Shown here: piece by piece, positions 1 to 11,653 of the stretch | Position numbering within the stretch: position 1 is the stretch's first letter | Layout of the letters: every line of letters starts with the position of its first letter | DNA from: Zancudomyces culisetae HAW-14-8 | Taxonomy: Eukaryota; Fungi; Kickxellomycota | DNA length: 64,000 bases | NCBI GenBank assembly: GCA_052426225.1 | Contig: JBNJNM010000006.1 | Coordinates: forward strand, 2,790,001-2,854,000 | Reading direction: 5' to 3' | The notes under the pieces: generated by a model | Told to the model about the DNA's origin: nothing | Database searches by the model: none | Seen by the model: the letters and a program-made list of their open reading frames with translations, nothing else | Position numbers and translations under genes: made by a program

Positions 1-152
1 TACACCCAAGGTTTATCACATTGTCAAAAATTCACGTTGGTTTTCATCACTATTTATTTGCCTCTTCATTCATTTTTTTGTAATATCGTCCCAAAACCAC
101 AGATAATTACTGGAGATATTATGCAGTAGACGCATATCGCCAAGCCAACTGA
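1..152 (+). CDS. Possible 3' end of a gene entering from the left (putative intron 11-102, last exon 103-152)
   Basis: AG|GTTTAT at 11 and CCACAG| at 102. Splicing gives ...YTQDNYWRYYAVDAYRQAN* with TGA at 150-152. No recognised family. Confidence 0.3.
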
Positions 153-667
153 TAAATTGGTCTTTATGTCGTGTTGCGACCTAATATTGTAACTTTATTT
201 GATATCTCCTTTTTAACTAACTCTAAATACTTACTGCTCAAAATACTGACTAACCAACTAACTAACTAACTCCTTTTTCAAGTCTTTATCTTCCTATTAT
301 CCTTATCTCTAATTCACTGTGAGTTATCCAATTTACGTTAATATTTATTATCTAGAATTACTACTGTCAACCACAACAATAGTTTATACTACTACAAATT
401 TTGAATAAATTCAAAATAGATTATCACTAGGGTCATTTGATCAATTATATGCTTGGCAGTTACCTGTACTTTACATCACCATCACTATATAATTTTGTTA
501 AGGTTTGCCTTTCGTGGATACAAATATGTTTTTAGTAGGTGAATTGTAAATGCAAACTTGAACATTTCACCTATCTAGCTTGTTGAACTTTTTCAGATTC
601 ATGACATGCCATGCCATCGTGGTAATACGTTGGTTGAACGTTCTTACTAACATATCTCGATTAGCTA

Positions 668-693
668 ATATAATAATAATAATAATAATAATA
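668..693 (+). repeat. (TAA)n microsatellite
   Basis: About 8-9 tandem TAA units. Confidence 0.8.
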
Positions 694-1612
694 ATATATA
701 TTTTAAATAGAATAGCCATGTTTATATAAGAGTTTTAATTCTTGTCACAACATAAACACTGAGCTATTCTTACCCAAGCTTAAGCATTTACATTGTAATT
801 CGTTCCACATGCTCATAGTTAATGCAACACAGAACGCTTAGCTTGAATCATAATGGAGAAGTTCGAAATGAATCCTTAAATTCGTATGTCTTTTGCAAGA
901 GTAATTCATAGTGACACTAGTTTGGAGAGGGAGAGCTTGTAATGTTTTGGTGCAATACTTAACTAACGTTGTACTTGAGCTATGTAATTATGAGCTCTAT
1001 CATATATCTAGTGTTTAAAGAGTATATTGCAGATATATATACGCTTGTTAATAGAAAAGAAAATTAAAAAACAAATATATATCTTATCATATAACACACA
1101 GCACTTTAAATAACTTATTCAAGAACATCATCTCCAACCTATAAACACTTTTGAACTGATTTACAACGTATTTCCATATTCCAAAAATATACGACTGGAG
1201 GCAAGTAAACAAAAAACAAGTAAAAATAACCGGGTAATACTCTATATATTGTTTTAGGTTTGTGATCCAGAAATATATTGAACTTTTATTGGAGGCTGGG
1301 CTTTTATTTACTACGAAAACTTTACAAGCCACCCAATAGTATTTATACCAAATATAAATGGTACAAAGCATAAGTCTGCATTGGCTTTACTGTCCTGGAA
1401 ATTCACCCAAAATGTGTTACTACCCTAGGTGATATTCTCCAGGATACTTTTTCTATACTTAAAAGTTGTAGGCTTGTGTTTAATAATAATAAAAAACAGT
1501 ATTTCATGAAAACCACACAATTCATTGTTGTTTAAACATCATCGCTAATATCTATATAATAACCTCGGTTTTCGTATTATTTGAAAGCAATTGTCAACCA
1601 GAATATACAAAT

Positions 1613-3415
1613 ATGGATCTTTCATTTATATCGAAACAGAAGACTAAAAAACAAGATGAAGAGTTGAAGGATGATCAACCTTTAGAAGAGACTATCCAAG
1701 TGAAACAGCTATCCTCGTACGAGACGCTCTTTGACAGTGAAGGTGCTCCAACAATAAAAATAAGAGAAGACGACATTTTAGGCCCAATTTTGATGTATGT
1801 CGACTTGGATTTGTACACTGGAACGTGGAAAGGAAGCGTACTGCTACTGGTGCCCATTTCTGTACAAACGCCAACAGTAGAGTTTTACGATTCTCAATGT
1901 AACAGCAAGTTTATGGGTAGCCCAGTTAAGATAGGACAATATCAACAGTCGGTGTTTTATAGATACGATTTTTCGGTACCATTAGATGACTCTATTGACA
2001 AAAGAATTTCATATCAGATTAATGGTACTTCCGAAACGTATGTATTTACTATTCCAAGCGTAAACAGTCCATGGAGGTGGACTTTTACGACCTGCAATGG
2101 GTGGTCGTCTAGTGTTTCAGAACAAAAAAAAAGTGAACTTGGAGGAAATGATGTGTTGTGGGCAGATATGCTAGAAAAACACCGAATAAATCCGTTTAAT
2201 CTAATGATTGGGGGAGGAGATCAAATATACAATGATGGGATTTGGGAATCCGAAATATGGCACGAATTTATACATGCTGAGAAATCAAAAAGACAGGATC
2301 TTGAGTTTACTAGTGCAATGAGAAACTATACAGAGGAATATTACTTTATAAACTATGTCAAATGCTTTTTTTACGCTGGGAAATTTACAGAAGCGCTAAC
2401 AACAATACCATTTAGTTATATAATAGATGACCACGACATTTTTGACGCTTGGGGTTCGTATCCAACTTATTTGCACACATCAAATATTTTTCAAGAAATA
2501 AAAAATGTTGCTTTTAAAAACTTTCTTTTGTTTCAGGCACATACAAACCACGAAATGTCAAGAGAACACGGGTATTTTGGACACAAAGGATACAATACGA
2601 TTAAAAATATTGGTCCATATGTTAGCTTGGTAAGCATTGATACCAGATTTGAAAGGTCGTTGGAAAGAATTGTTTCAGAAGAGACGTATAATCAAATATT
2701 CGACAAATTGGAAGATATGCCACCATCTACGAGACATTTGTTTGTATTGATGGGAATTCCAATTATTTATCCTCGGTTGACATATGTAGAGGAGGCTATG
2801 GGGTTCTTGTCAAGATCTAGTCTGATAAAAATGAACATATTTCAAAAGGAGGGTGCGTTTTCCAAACTTTTAAACGATTTCGGCGAACCTGAATTACTAG
2901 ATGACCTCAATGACCATTGGACAGCAGGCTGTCATTTAGAGGAAAGAAAAGCGCTCGTATTACGGTTGCAAGAACTATCCAATCGTAGAAAAGTACGGGT
3001 TACTTTTGTAGCGGGCGATGTTCATTGCTGTGGAGTTGGATGCTTTAAACAAAGCAATTCAGAGATACCCGAAGTGCAGGATTTTAGATACATGCCACAG
3101 ATTATATCATCAGCCATTGTGAATTCCCCACCACCAAATGTAGTAATTAGGCTGCTTCACTTATCTTCAAAAAAGTATACCCTTGATAACTTTACATATG
3201 AAAAAATGGTGGATTTGTTTGTCAAAGATGTCAATGGAAAAAACCCACCAAATAATAATAAGAAACTACTTGGTAGGCGCAATTATGCTTCCTTTGAGCA
3301 AATTAGCGATTCACAAAACATCTTGGTAAAAATAAATGTACAAAACGAGACCAATAATGGCACAGTCCCGTATGAGTACAAGATTGCGCCCTTGCAGTTG
3401 GGTAACGTTATTTGA
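1613..3415 (+). CDS. PhoD-like phosphatase/metallophosphoesterase, fungal type (600 aa, intronless)
   Basis: Motifs GGGDQIYNDGIW, IIDDHDIFDAWGSYP, DTRFERS, DDLNDHW, VTFVAGDVH and QIISSAIVN match the fungal PhoD-like family. Confidence 0.85.
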   Translation: MDLSFISKQKTKKQDEELKDDQPLEETIQVKQLSSYETLFDSEGAPTIKIREDDILGPILMYVDLDLYTGTWKGSVLLLVPISVQTPTVEFYDSQCNSKFMGSPVKIGQYQQSVFYRYDFSVPLDDSIDKRISYQINGTSETYVFTIPSVNSPWRWTFTTCNGWSSSVSEQKKSELGGNDVLWADMLEKHRINPFNLMIGGGDQIYNDGIWESEIWHEFIHAEKSKRQDLEFTSAMRNYTEEYYFINYVKCFFYAGKFTEALTTIPFSYIIDDHDIFDAWGSYPTYLHTSNIFQEIKNVAFKNFLLFQAHTNHEMSREHGYFGHKGYNTIKNIGPYVSLVSIDTRFERSLERIVSEETYNQIFDKLEDMPPSTRHLFVLMGIPIIYPRLTYVEEAMGFLSRSSLIKMNIFQKEGAFSKLLNDFGEPELLDDLNDHWTAGCHLEERKALVLRLQELSNRRKVRVTFVAGDVHCCGVGCFKQSNSEIPEVQDFRYMPQIISSAIVNSPPPNVVIRLLHLSSKKYTLDNFTYEKMVDLFVKDVNGKNPPNNNKKLLGRRNYASFEQISDSQNILVKINVQNETNNGTVPYEYKIAPLQLGNVI

Positions 3416-4764
3416 AAACATTTCTTTGATCTTTGAGTCATTTTTTAGGGTTTATGTTAAATAGAATCCGATATTGTGGGAATAAAACTGGTATTTGCTT
3501 TGAAATGGCATTTCATACCACATAAAGCGAATCAACCTTTGGTACCAGAACATATGAAATTAAATCCCGATCTGTGTTATAAATAAAGTGTGATTAAGAA
3601 CTTTCTTTATGAATGACAAAGTGCTAAAATGGTGTGTGTTGACGGTCATCTAAATACTGAAGCTGTGAGAATCAAAAATTGTTATTATGACTGTTGATCA
3701 ATATTTGCGTTTATGAGTATAAAAAATTGGAAAGGAGAGTCATTTTTGTTACCAACTAACACGGCCAAGGAAAAGCGGAGCCACAATAACAGTAACCCCA
3801 AATAAATGAGTAAACAAAAACCACCTTACTTTGATAAGGAATTTTAAAGTGTGCATACAATGACTTTATCATTGGGTGGTATATTTTATCATTAAAAGAA
3901 AAATGGCAAAATTTTTTTGGTAAAACAGTAAACAATGGTATAAAGTGTATGTATTGAGTAAGAAGGTGTGTGTAAATGGACGCTGTATTTTTTAACTTTA
4001 TTGTTTGACTAGAAAATATTCGTAATTATTCGGAAAAATGACGAATATTTGCTCATTTCCTTTTTTTGCTTTTTATACAAAAAAGGACTTGATATGAAAA
4101 ATTAAAATATCCTCCTAAAGCTTTGTTCCATTCAAAAAAAATTTATGATGTCAAAATGGTGCATTTATGCAAATTATGGTGCCGATTAGATTGCAGCAAA
4201 TTACAACAAGCCTGGTTGTTGGAGAAAGATAGTAAAACAATTTAAAAATGTTTCATTATAATTCGTGATTGGGACTCGAACATTAGCAATACTCAATAAC
4301 AATCGACAAGAAAAATTGTAATTTCGGGTAGACTCATTGAAAAAAAAAACATCCATGTGTTGCTTTAGGATGTGGAGAGGGAGACGAGAAACGTAATTTC
4401 TTTAGTGAGCAACTAAGGTGTGATTTGTCTAGATGCACTTTAAATTACCAATTTTGAAAAAAAATTTAAAATATTGGGACTAGGGTGGTATCTATGTAAA
4501 AAATCCTACTGGGCCAGAGACCTGCATAAACTGAATATTTATTGTAAGATTTGTTTTGTCAATACGGGAGAAGGGGGGGAGGGTGTTATGTAATTATTTT
4601 TAGAACAAAAATGTTTGGGCTTGGAAAAAAAAATATATAAGGGGCAAGCAGAAGCCACATAATCCAACTAAACAATTCAGCAGTATTAAGCAGGAATATC
4701 GTTTGCTAAGACAAACATTGCACACAAAAAAGAGAAAAATCAGTGACATAACAAAATCAAAACA

Positions 4765-5442
4765 ATGAGACAAGAGATAGAAGCAAAAGTAAATGAGGAG
4801 GGTTCAGAGGGTGTTTGGGTGTTTGGGTATGGTAGTTTGATATGGAAGGTGGACTTTCCCGTAGAAGAAAGACGTGTGGGTTACATAAAGGGCTTTGAGA
4901 GGAGGTTTTGGCAAAAGAGTCATGACCACCGTGGAACGCCAGAGAAGCCAGGATATGTGGTGACATTAGTGGAAAACGAACAGCTAGCTGAGCTGGAAAA
5001 GAGCATAGGAGGACAATCAAAGTCCGGAGACGATGGCAAGTGTTATGGTGTAGTGTATAGAATAAAGAAGGGCCTAGAAAAAGAGGTTTTGGATCATCTG
5101 GATCACCGAGAAAAGGATGGGTACACTGTTCACAAAGTCTGTGTATACAGCGACGAGCCTCGCGATGGAACAGAGGAAGAGCATGTTGTAGTGAAAGAGG
5201 CACTAGTATATATTGGACAGGCCGAAAACTCATCTTTTGCGGGACCCGTGACCAACGAGGAAGTGGCTAGAGTAATAGCAAATACAATAGGGCTTAGCGG
5301 AACCAACCAAGAGTATCTATTTAACTTGTGCGAGGCACTAAGAGGATTAACACCATCACATATGCTTGTAGATGACCATCTATTGGAGTTGGAGGGTCTG
5401 GTTCACAAGTTCATTATGTTGGAGTACTGTATATCAGTATAA
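4765..5442 (+). CDS. CHAC: Glutathione-specific gamma-glutamylcyclotransferase (ChaC/GCG1 family)
   Basis: WVFGYGSLIWK, RRFWQKSHDHRGTPEKPGYVVTL, LDHREKDGY, GLSGTNQEYLFNL. Confidence 0.95.
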   Translation: MRQEIEAKVNEEGSEGVWVFGYGSLIWKVDFPVEERRVGYIKGFERRFWQKSHDHRGTPEKPGYVVTLVENEQLAELEKSIGGQSKSGDDGKCYGVVYRIKKGLEKEVLDHLDHREKDGYTVHKVCVYSDEPRDGTEEEHVVVKEALVYIGQAENSSFAGPVTNEEVARVIANTIGLSGTNQEYLFNLCEALRGLTPSHMLVDDHLLELEGLVHKFIMLEYCISV

Positions 5443-5704
5443 CCTAAAGATGGGTTAAGATTGTATTAATAAATAGATCAAGAATAAATGGAGAAAACGA
5501 AGAAACGTTTTGAGTTTTGATTTTTTTTTAAAAAAATTTTCATTTTATTGTACTAGTAAAACGGTATTTCAATGCATCTAATAATAAAAGCATATACGCA
5601 TTATTTAAAATCGCTTGGTGTTACATAAACGAGATGGCTGGAGAATGGTTGTATGGGTGTTTTTCCCAAGTTTTTGGAAGGAGTGTGGCAAGGAAAGTTG
5701 GTGG

Positions 5705-8700
5705 CTAGTATTTGTTCCTCACAGATCTAGGATACCTGGGCTTTGGTATAGGAGGAACAGGCAATGGTTTCGAGTGGTTGACGGAGGCGTGTTTCTGTGG
5801 AGATTTGACAACAATGTCTATGAGCACCGAATGAGAGGTAGAAGCTGGAGCCTGTTTTTGGATCGGGTTTTTGGGAGTGGTCGTGTTTGCGGTTGTGGTA
5901 ATGTTGACACTGGAGGAGCAGCTGTTCGATTTTTTTTTGATCGAGGATAACCCGATCGGACCAAAACTTCTTCTCTTGGGACCAGATGAATACGGATGAA
6001 GAGCTTGATTGGATGGGGTGATGGAAGCCATAATACTGTTTGGAAAGGAGGTTGATGGATTTGACGAGGAGGGAGATGTGCCTAATAGGCGACTGATAGC
6101 GCTAGAAATAGGTGGGAGTTTTGAAAGAGTAGAGGCGATACCAGAGTTACTAGACGTGATTGAATTTGGTGGTGCAGCCGTTAAGCTTGAGCTTTTGGCC
6201 CTTAGAGCACGCCTGTTTAAACCAATTGATCTCTGTAAAGGGAGAGGTGTTGGTTTGGAGGAGGTGTTCGTAGCCGGATTGGATGAAAAGGAGTAGTTTG
6301 GAATTCTGATTATAGAAGGTGTTGTAGAAATACCGTTAGTTGTATCAGCGTTTGGAGTTGATGGTGGTGGTGGTGAAGAGGATGTCGGAAGCGAACTGGA
6401 TGGATCCTCGGTGTGAATATTTGTAGAACGGCTGTTGGTAATAGGCGACTGAGTATTTTCGCATATACTGGGTGATGAAGGTAGGGGGGTTTGGCTTGTG
6501 TGTTGGCTGCTGTGCACTTGTGATAGAACAACGTCTTTAGCAATAGGGCTACTGTCAAATATATTGTTATCAATATCAATAATGGCGTTACCGTTTGTAG
6601 GAGGTAGAGATGGTATAATTTCTGGATTAAGTGTTTGTATTTTTATATAGTTTTCGAGGTAGTTCAGATAGTAAAACGAGTTAAAGGATTCACAGATATG
6701 AGTATTGGGCGGCGTTGGTAGCACAGAACTATTATCAAGTATACATGAGAGCGAGTGGTTACGATGAACCTTTTTGCGAAAAGAGTCATCATATGGCTTC
6801 TTTGTGCTAGTTACATTATCAGGATGGCAATTGTAATGCTCAGCAAAATCGAGCGAATTCACAAATTTATTGTACAATTCAGTATGATTTCCAGTATTAA
6901 CTTTATTTTGTACAGGCACAATATCTTTGTATTCTTGTTCTTTTTGAGCTATTGGGTTGTTACAAAGATGAGTAGACAGCCTTGAGGATATTTCTTCCGA
7001 GAATACAGTCTCATTAAGATAATTACAATCACTTTCCTCCTCTTTTTCCTGTTTCACTTTTCTTTCATCCACCTCTTTTTCATCCACCTCTTTTTCATCC
7101 ACCTCTTTTTTATCCACCTCTTTTTTATCCACCTCTTTTTCATCCTCCTCTTTTTGATCCTCTTTATTCTCTCTCTCCTCTTCCGAATACTCATTTTCAG
7201 ATTCACCAAGCGAATAGTCAACAATACTCCCATCGAGTACCATCGATACTTCCGGTTTAAGTTGCGAAAACTCGTTTGCATTGTCAAAATAATTTCTACT
7301 ATCATCCCCATACTGTCCAGATAACTGTTCTGCCTGCTCATCATAGCTAGAGTAAATTGTAGCCTGTGTATCTTTTTCGTGGTCCCATCTCTGTGTGTCA
7401 AATTGCAATATCTCACCAAAGTCTACGGTTGTTATTCTGGTTTTGTAACTGTTCACCTCAATTGGTTCCACCTGTGGAAAACACCTATCCACACCCTCTC
7501 CATCTAGTATTGGATCCGCTTCATTTTCTACATCCATTCTGCGGTCATTATTCGAAGGTGAGTTTATTTTTATGTTTCTACAGTTAACAACCACAATTTC
7601 AGTATCATGAATGTTAAGCATCCCTCCTGTTTTCACTTTATCTTTATCTCCACCACAATCCCCAAACGACCTGGTTTTCTCATCTGTATTATGAGTACTG
7701 CCAATTTTTAATGCAACGTTCTCAAATGGAGCCCTGTAGCTCATTTGTTCCAGTTTAATTCGTTTTAGGCTTTTTTGTATTTCTATGTGGGTATTCCTCA
7801 ATTCATTCATTTGCATTTCATTCACATGTACACCAACACTGTTATTCAAATTGCCATAATCTTCGACCATATCTCCTGAACTCTGTACACTACTATTTTT
7901 ACATCCTATATTAATACAATTTTCTTGCTGCTGTATACCAATTTCGCAAGGAGTCCCGTGTATTATATTCAAATCTATGTCATCAGCACATTCAACATAA
8001 CTGATATTGTTTGAGCTAATATCGTTGGTTCCGCTATTCTCAACATTCACACTAATTCTGGATTCTGTTCGATTTTTTTGCTTAATTTCTTCCACCCAGC
8101 TTGGAAAATTATCAACACACTTATTACTACCGTTCCACACTTCTATGTACATTTCAACGTCAGCTATCCACAGTCTAGTCGGCTTTTCAAACTGAACCCT
8201 TTCCTTATCTTTAATTCTGTTACTAAAATTATCAACAGATACTCCATTCTTGGTCTTTAGAGCCTTTATCTCGATTTTGTTTCCCTCAGCGCTAACTATT
8301 ATTTTTGCATGCTTATTAGATACACGTTTAGAATTGAGCTTGATTTGTGACTCGCTACTTCTTCCAACCAAATACTCCACTTCATTAACAACTTTGGCCC
8401 CCTCCCATTCAATGTTGTATACCATGAATATCTTTTCCTTTTCATTATCGTCAACGTGATCTTTTACGTATACTGTATACCTAACATTCGAGTCTTTGTA
8501 ATCACTACTATCTACAACATTATTGACCACCCGTTTCAAGCCAATCCGTTGTATACGTTCGCTGCTTGCTCCTCGCTCTATTTGATCAAGTTCACCGTAA
8601 AAATCACTGCTGGAATCTCTAATTTTTATCTTTCCCACGCCTTTATTTTCAGTTCTCTTAACCATATCCAGTCCTTGAGGTCGATTATCACAAATAACCA

Positions 8701-9031
8701 CTTCGACCTTCATGTCCCTTCCGCTTCTTTCTTTCCCGCTGTAGTCCACGTTTACAGGTTTATTATTTTTTTCTGAAATCATATTATTTGAAATATAGTT
8801 TATCTTTTCAGGCCTGATACGATCGCAATTGCTGGCCAAGAATTCTAAATCAAGGGTCTTTGGAAAAGTTCGGACAAAATTCTTTCTCTTTCTAATCTCT
8901 TGTCGGTGTTTCCCCAGCTCATACTCTTCACGCTCCTTGTCATCCCCAAGCGGTGTCTTTAGTCTTATCTTTTCATTATCGACAAGCTCCAACCGTTTTC
9001 TGGATGGGATTTTTATTGTGTGTAACTTCAT
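5705..9031 (-). CDS. FHA-domain protein with long disordered acidic and Ser/Pro/Thr-rich regions (1108 aa)
   Basis: FHA signature YLVGRSSESQIKLNSKRVSNKHAKI...TKNGVSVD...LWIAD. The rest is low complexity. Confidence 0.75.
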   Translation of the reverse strand: MKLHTIKIPSRKRLELVDNEKIRLKTPLGDDKEREEYELGKHRQEIRKRKNFVRTFPKTLDLEFLASNCDRIRPEKINYISNNMISEKNNKPVNVDYSGKERSGRDMKVEVVICDNRPQGLDMVKRTENKGVGKIKIRDSSSDFYGELDQIERGASSERIQRIGLKRVVNNVVDSSDYKDSNVRYTVYVKDHVDDNEKEKIFMVYNIEWEGAKVVNEVEYLVGRSSESQIKLNSKRVSNKHAKIIVSAEGNKIEIKALKTKNGVSVDNFSNRIKDKERVQFEKPTRLWIADVEMYIEVWNGSNKCVDNFPSWVEEIKQKNRTESRISVNVENSGTNDISSNNISYVECADDIDLNIIHGTPCEIGIQQQENCINIGCKNSSVQSSGDMVEDYGNLNNSVGVHVNEMQMNELRNTHIEIQKSLKRIKLEQMSYRAPFENVALKIGSTHNTDEKTRSFGDCGGDKDKVKTGGMLNIHDTEIVVVNCRNIKINSPSNNDRRMDVENEADPILDGEGVDRCFPQVEPIEVNSYKTRITTVDFGEILQFDTQRWDHEKDTQATIYSSYDEQAEQLSGQYGDDSRNYFDNANEFSQLKPEVSMVLDGSIVDYSLGESENEYSEEERENKEDQKEEDEKEVDKKEVDKKEVDEKEVDEKEVDERKVKQEKEEESDCNYLNETVFSEEISSRLSTHLCNNPIAQKEQEYKDIVPVQNKVNTGNHTELYNKFVNSLDFAEHYNCHPDNVTSTKKPYDDSFRKKVHRNHSLSCILDNSSVLPTPPNTHICESFNSFYYLNYLENYIKIQTLNPEIIPSLPPTNGNAIIDIDNNIFDSSPIAKDVVLSQVHSSQHTSQTPLPSSPSICENTQSPITNSRSTNIHTEDPSSSLPTSSSPPPPSTPNADTTNGISTTPSIIRIPNYSFSSNPATNTSSKPTPLPLQRSIGLNRRALRAKSSSLTAAPPNSITSSNSGIASTLSKLPPISSAISRLLGTSPSSSNPSTSFPNSIMASITPSNQALHPYSSGPKRRSFGPIGLSSIKKKSNSCSSSVNITTTANTTTPKNPIQKQAPASTSHSVLIDIVVKSPQKHASVNHSKPLPVPPIPKPRYPRSVRNKY
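7063..7150 (-). repeat. Coding 15-bp tandem repeat, (EVDKK/EVDEK) x~5
   Basis: (TCATCCACCTCTTTT)-like units on the + strand. Confidence 0.85.
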
Positions 9032-9721
9032 TTTTTTTATCGCATCAGTTTAGTTGGTATATTGATTTTAAGTGATATAAAAATATAAATGATTGATTTC
9101 CATACCCAAAAGATTTGATCGTGCCACCAAAATAAAATTTTCGGAATAGTTACTCCAAGTTCTTATAGTACTTGATTCTATAATTTTTTTGTATTCGAAT
9201 TTTTATTACGCTTGATGTCTTTCATAATCTCAAAAAAGCAGTGACAATATGCTGATTGTCTATATATTACAAGAATTAAGGCTGTTAAAATGTTTAGGTA
9301 GTTAGTATGTACTATTCTAAATTTTCTTTTTTGACTGCTTGATTGCTACTTTAGAATTTGTTGGTGTTAGTTTTAGTTGAGGTTCAAGACCAAACAAACG
9401 GTTATTGAATTATAGGATTTATAAGAACTTTTCTGGCCTGGTTTTATTTCTTTCAGCAATTTACCAGAAAAATTTGCAATTGTCCAATTGAGACTGGGTA
9501 AGTTCTGCGAGTTCTTTAGCTAGCTAAATTAGTGCCTTGAAAGTACTGGCCAGAAATGGAAAATGATTTTTGAATTACCAAACTTAACAAATAGCCTCAT
9601 ACAAAAGCTAATAATTGATTCAAATCAAATAATTGAAATTTCAGAAACAACACTGTTTTATACTTTTAAAGTGCCTTAAATCACTCTATTTGTAAATATT
9701 CGAGATTTATAGATACTCAAA

Positions 9722-11429
9722 ATGAGCAGCCATATTCCTATGCCACATACCAAACACGGAAAGAGTAAGCTTTTTGTGAAACTTTCGGCATTGAACAGCA
9801 AAAGCAATATTGCGAGCAAGACTGTGAATGAATTTCCATTTAACAGCAAGGTATCTTGATTATTCCCGCTACATCTTTCATTTACTGTGTCATTGCCTTT
9901 CGCTTGTAATAAGTTATCACATGGATAATATTCTAACTCTTATTCTGTACAATAAAATTAGGTTAATTTTATACTATTTCAGGAGGGGTTAAAGGAAAAA
10001 AACATACAGGAAAGAGCAAAAATACTAAACGAGATTGGCTTACAGAGATGCTTTTATTACAAGGCGAGTTTTCCTCTCTTATTGTTTTTGGAGCCAACAT
10101 TCATGGAAAAATACATTTTAACAGGTAAATACTTGATTTTTACGAAAACAAAAGGCGGGATAGAATCAAGTTATTGAATCAATATCAATAGTTCAACCTT
10201 TGTTTTCATATTAAAATATAGGATCTCTGGTTGCACTACAAACTAATTGTAAAATCGATTCTGAAAATGTTATTGCGCTCGACGGAAGAGGTAAAACGAC
10301 AACATAACGCTAGTACATTTTATTCTCTCGAGTATAAAGTAGCTAAAACTTTTTTCTATTGTTAGGAACACTGATTTTGAATTTGGTTAAGGACACTTAT
10401 GAAGAAGCTGGTCTTTTGGGGAAACCATCACCCTTTCCGGTTGGTGAAGAAAAAAGATTCTGTAAGCGAATCTGCATTTATTTATATGTTGGTTGATTTC
10501 CTACCCTATTTTTCTACTCGAGTAGTCAAAGGAGAGGCTGATTGTTTTATATTTATCAATAATAGTTGTAAAAGTGGATTTAACGGCAAAAAGCATGAGA
10601 CCAGGTCAAAAGCAATATGAGCGGCTGAAATTTACCTTTACAAAAGTTTTAACTGATATCTACGAATTTGATATGGTTTACACCAACAAAGGTTAGTGAC
10701 GATTTTTACTGTCCCTTTAATCCGTCTTTTTCTATTTCTTAATGTGAATGGTATTTAATAGAGTTGGGAGCCGATCAACTGCCTCAAGAAATAAACCTAA
10801 GTAGCTTTGAGGGCGTCAAAAATGCCGAACTAGTCAACTGTAGTTGGAAATCAGTATTTCCAGATGACCATATAATAAAAACTCCCCATATATTGACGAA
10901 AATAACCGATCACAATCTGTTCAACTCGGGTCAAAATGAAACCTCGGAGTGTAGTGAGATTATGGAATGGCTGGGGTTGGTGGTTGAAAACTCTGAGTGG
11001 CTAAGAAAAAAGTCCAACGAGCCATATATTTCGGTGTATGACGTACCAGAGCCATATTACTTGGATAGTGTGGCTGTTTTCAGCATACAGGGGCTGATTA
11101 GCTCGGAATTCATTCAATCTTGTATAGAAAAAATAAGGTAACTAAAGGTTGTGCCAACTTGTCACAGTGCCTTTTCCCTAACGTTTACATAAACACGTTC
11201 TGACTTGAGCTTAGATTTATAACAACTATGGATAACTATTAAATTTAGGAATAGGACAAACTACTTTGGAATGGTAGTTTGGGGATTTGAGGATTCTCCA
11301 ATCTCCTGGCTTGGTAGGCAACATAGCTTCTCGACCAGCGGCGAAAACCTGTATGTGCAGCTGAGAAACTACGACCAAAACTCGTGCATTACTTTTAAGC
11401 AATGTTGTTCGTGGGATGAGGCTTCATAG
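9722..11429 (+). CDS. RPP40: Ribonuclease P/MRP subunit p40. Seven exons: 9722-9850, 9962-10124, 10222-10290, 10366-10461, 10566-10691, 10762-11137, 11249-11429
   Basis: Six GT..AG introns join into one frame. It contains RPP40 motifs FPFNSKV, GTLILNLVKDTYEEAGLLGKP, EWLGLV and the C-terminal VWGFEDSPISWLGRQHSFSTSGENLY. TAG at 11427-11429. The ORF track shows only one exon. Confidence 0.85.
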
Positions 11430-11653
11430 TTTGTTTTTTTTCCAACCTTTTCTTGTTTAATTGACATATTATTGTTTGATTTGTCACTATTAGAATAATT
11501 TGTTATTGAGTTGATTGTATATAGACCTAAAAGTAAAGCAGTATATCTAATAACTATTTACAACTTATCAGTTAGTAAAACCAGCAATCTAAAAAAACAA
11601 AACGTTATGGATGAGCAAACATAAACACAAAAAGCACCTAAAACACAGAAAAA

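Noticed and set aside
4263-4290. GTTCGAGTCCC on the minus strand, resembling a tRNA T-loop
   Set aside because: No T-stem pairing or cloverleaf.
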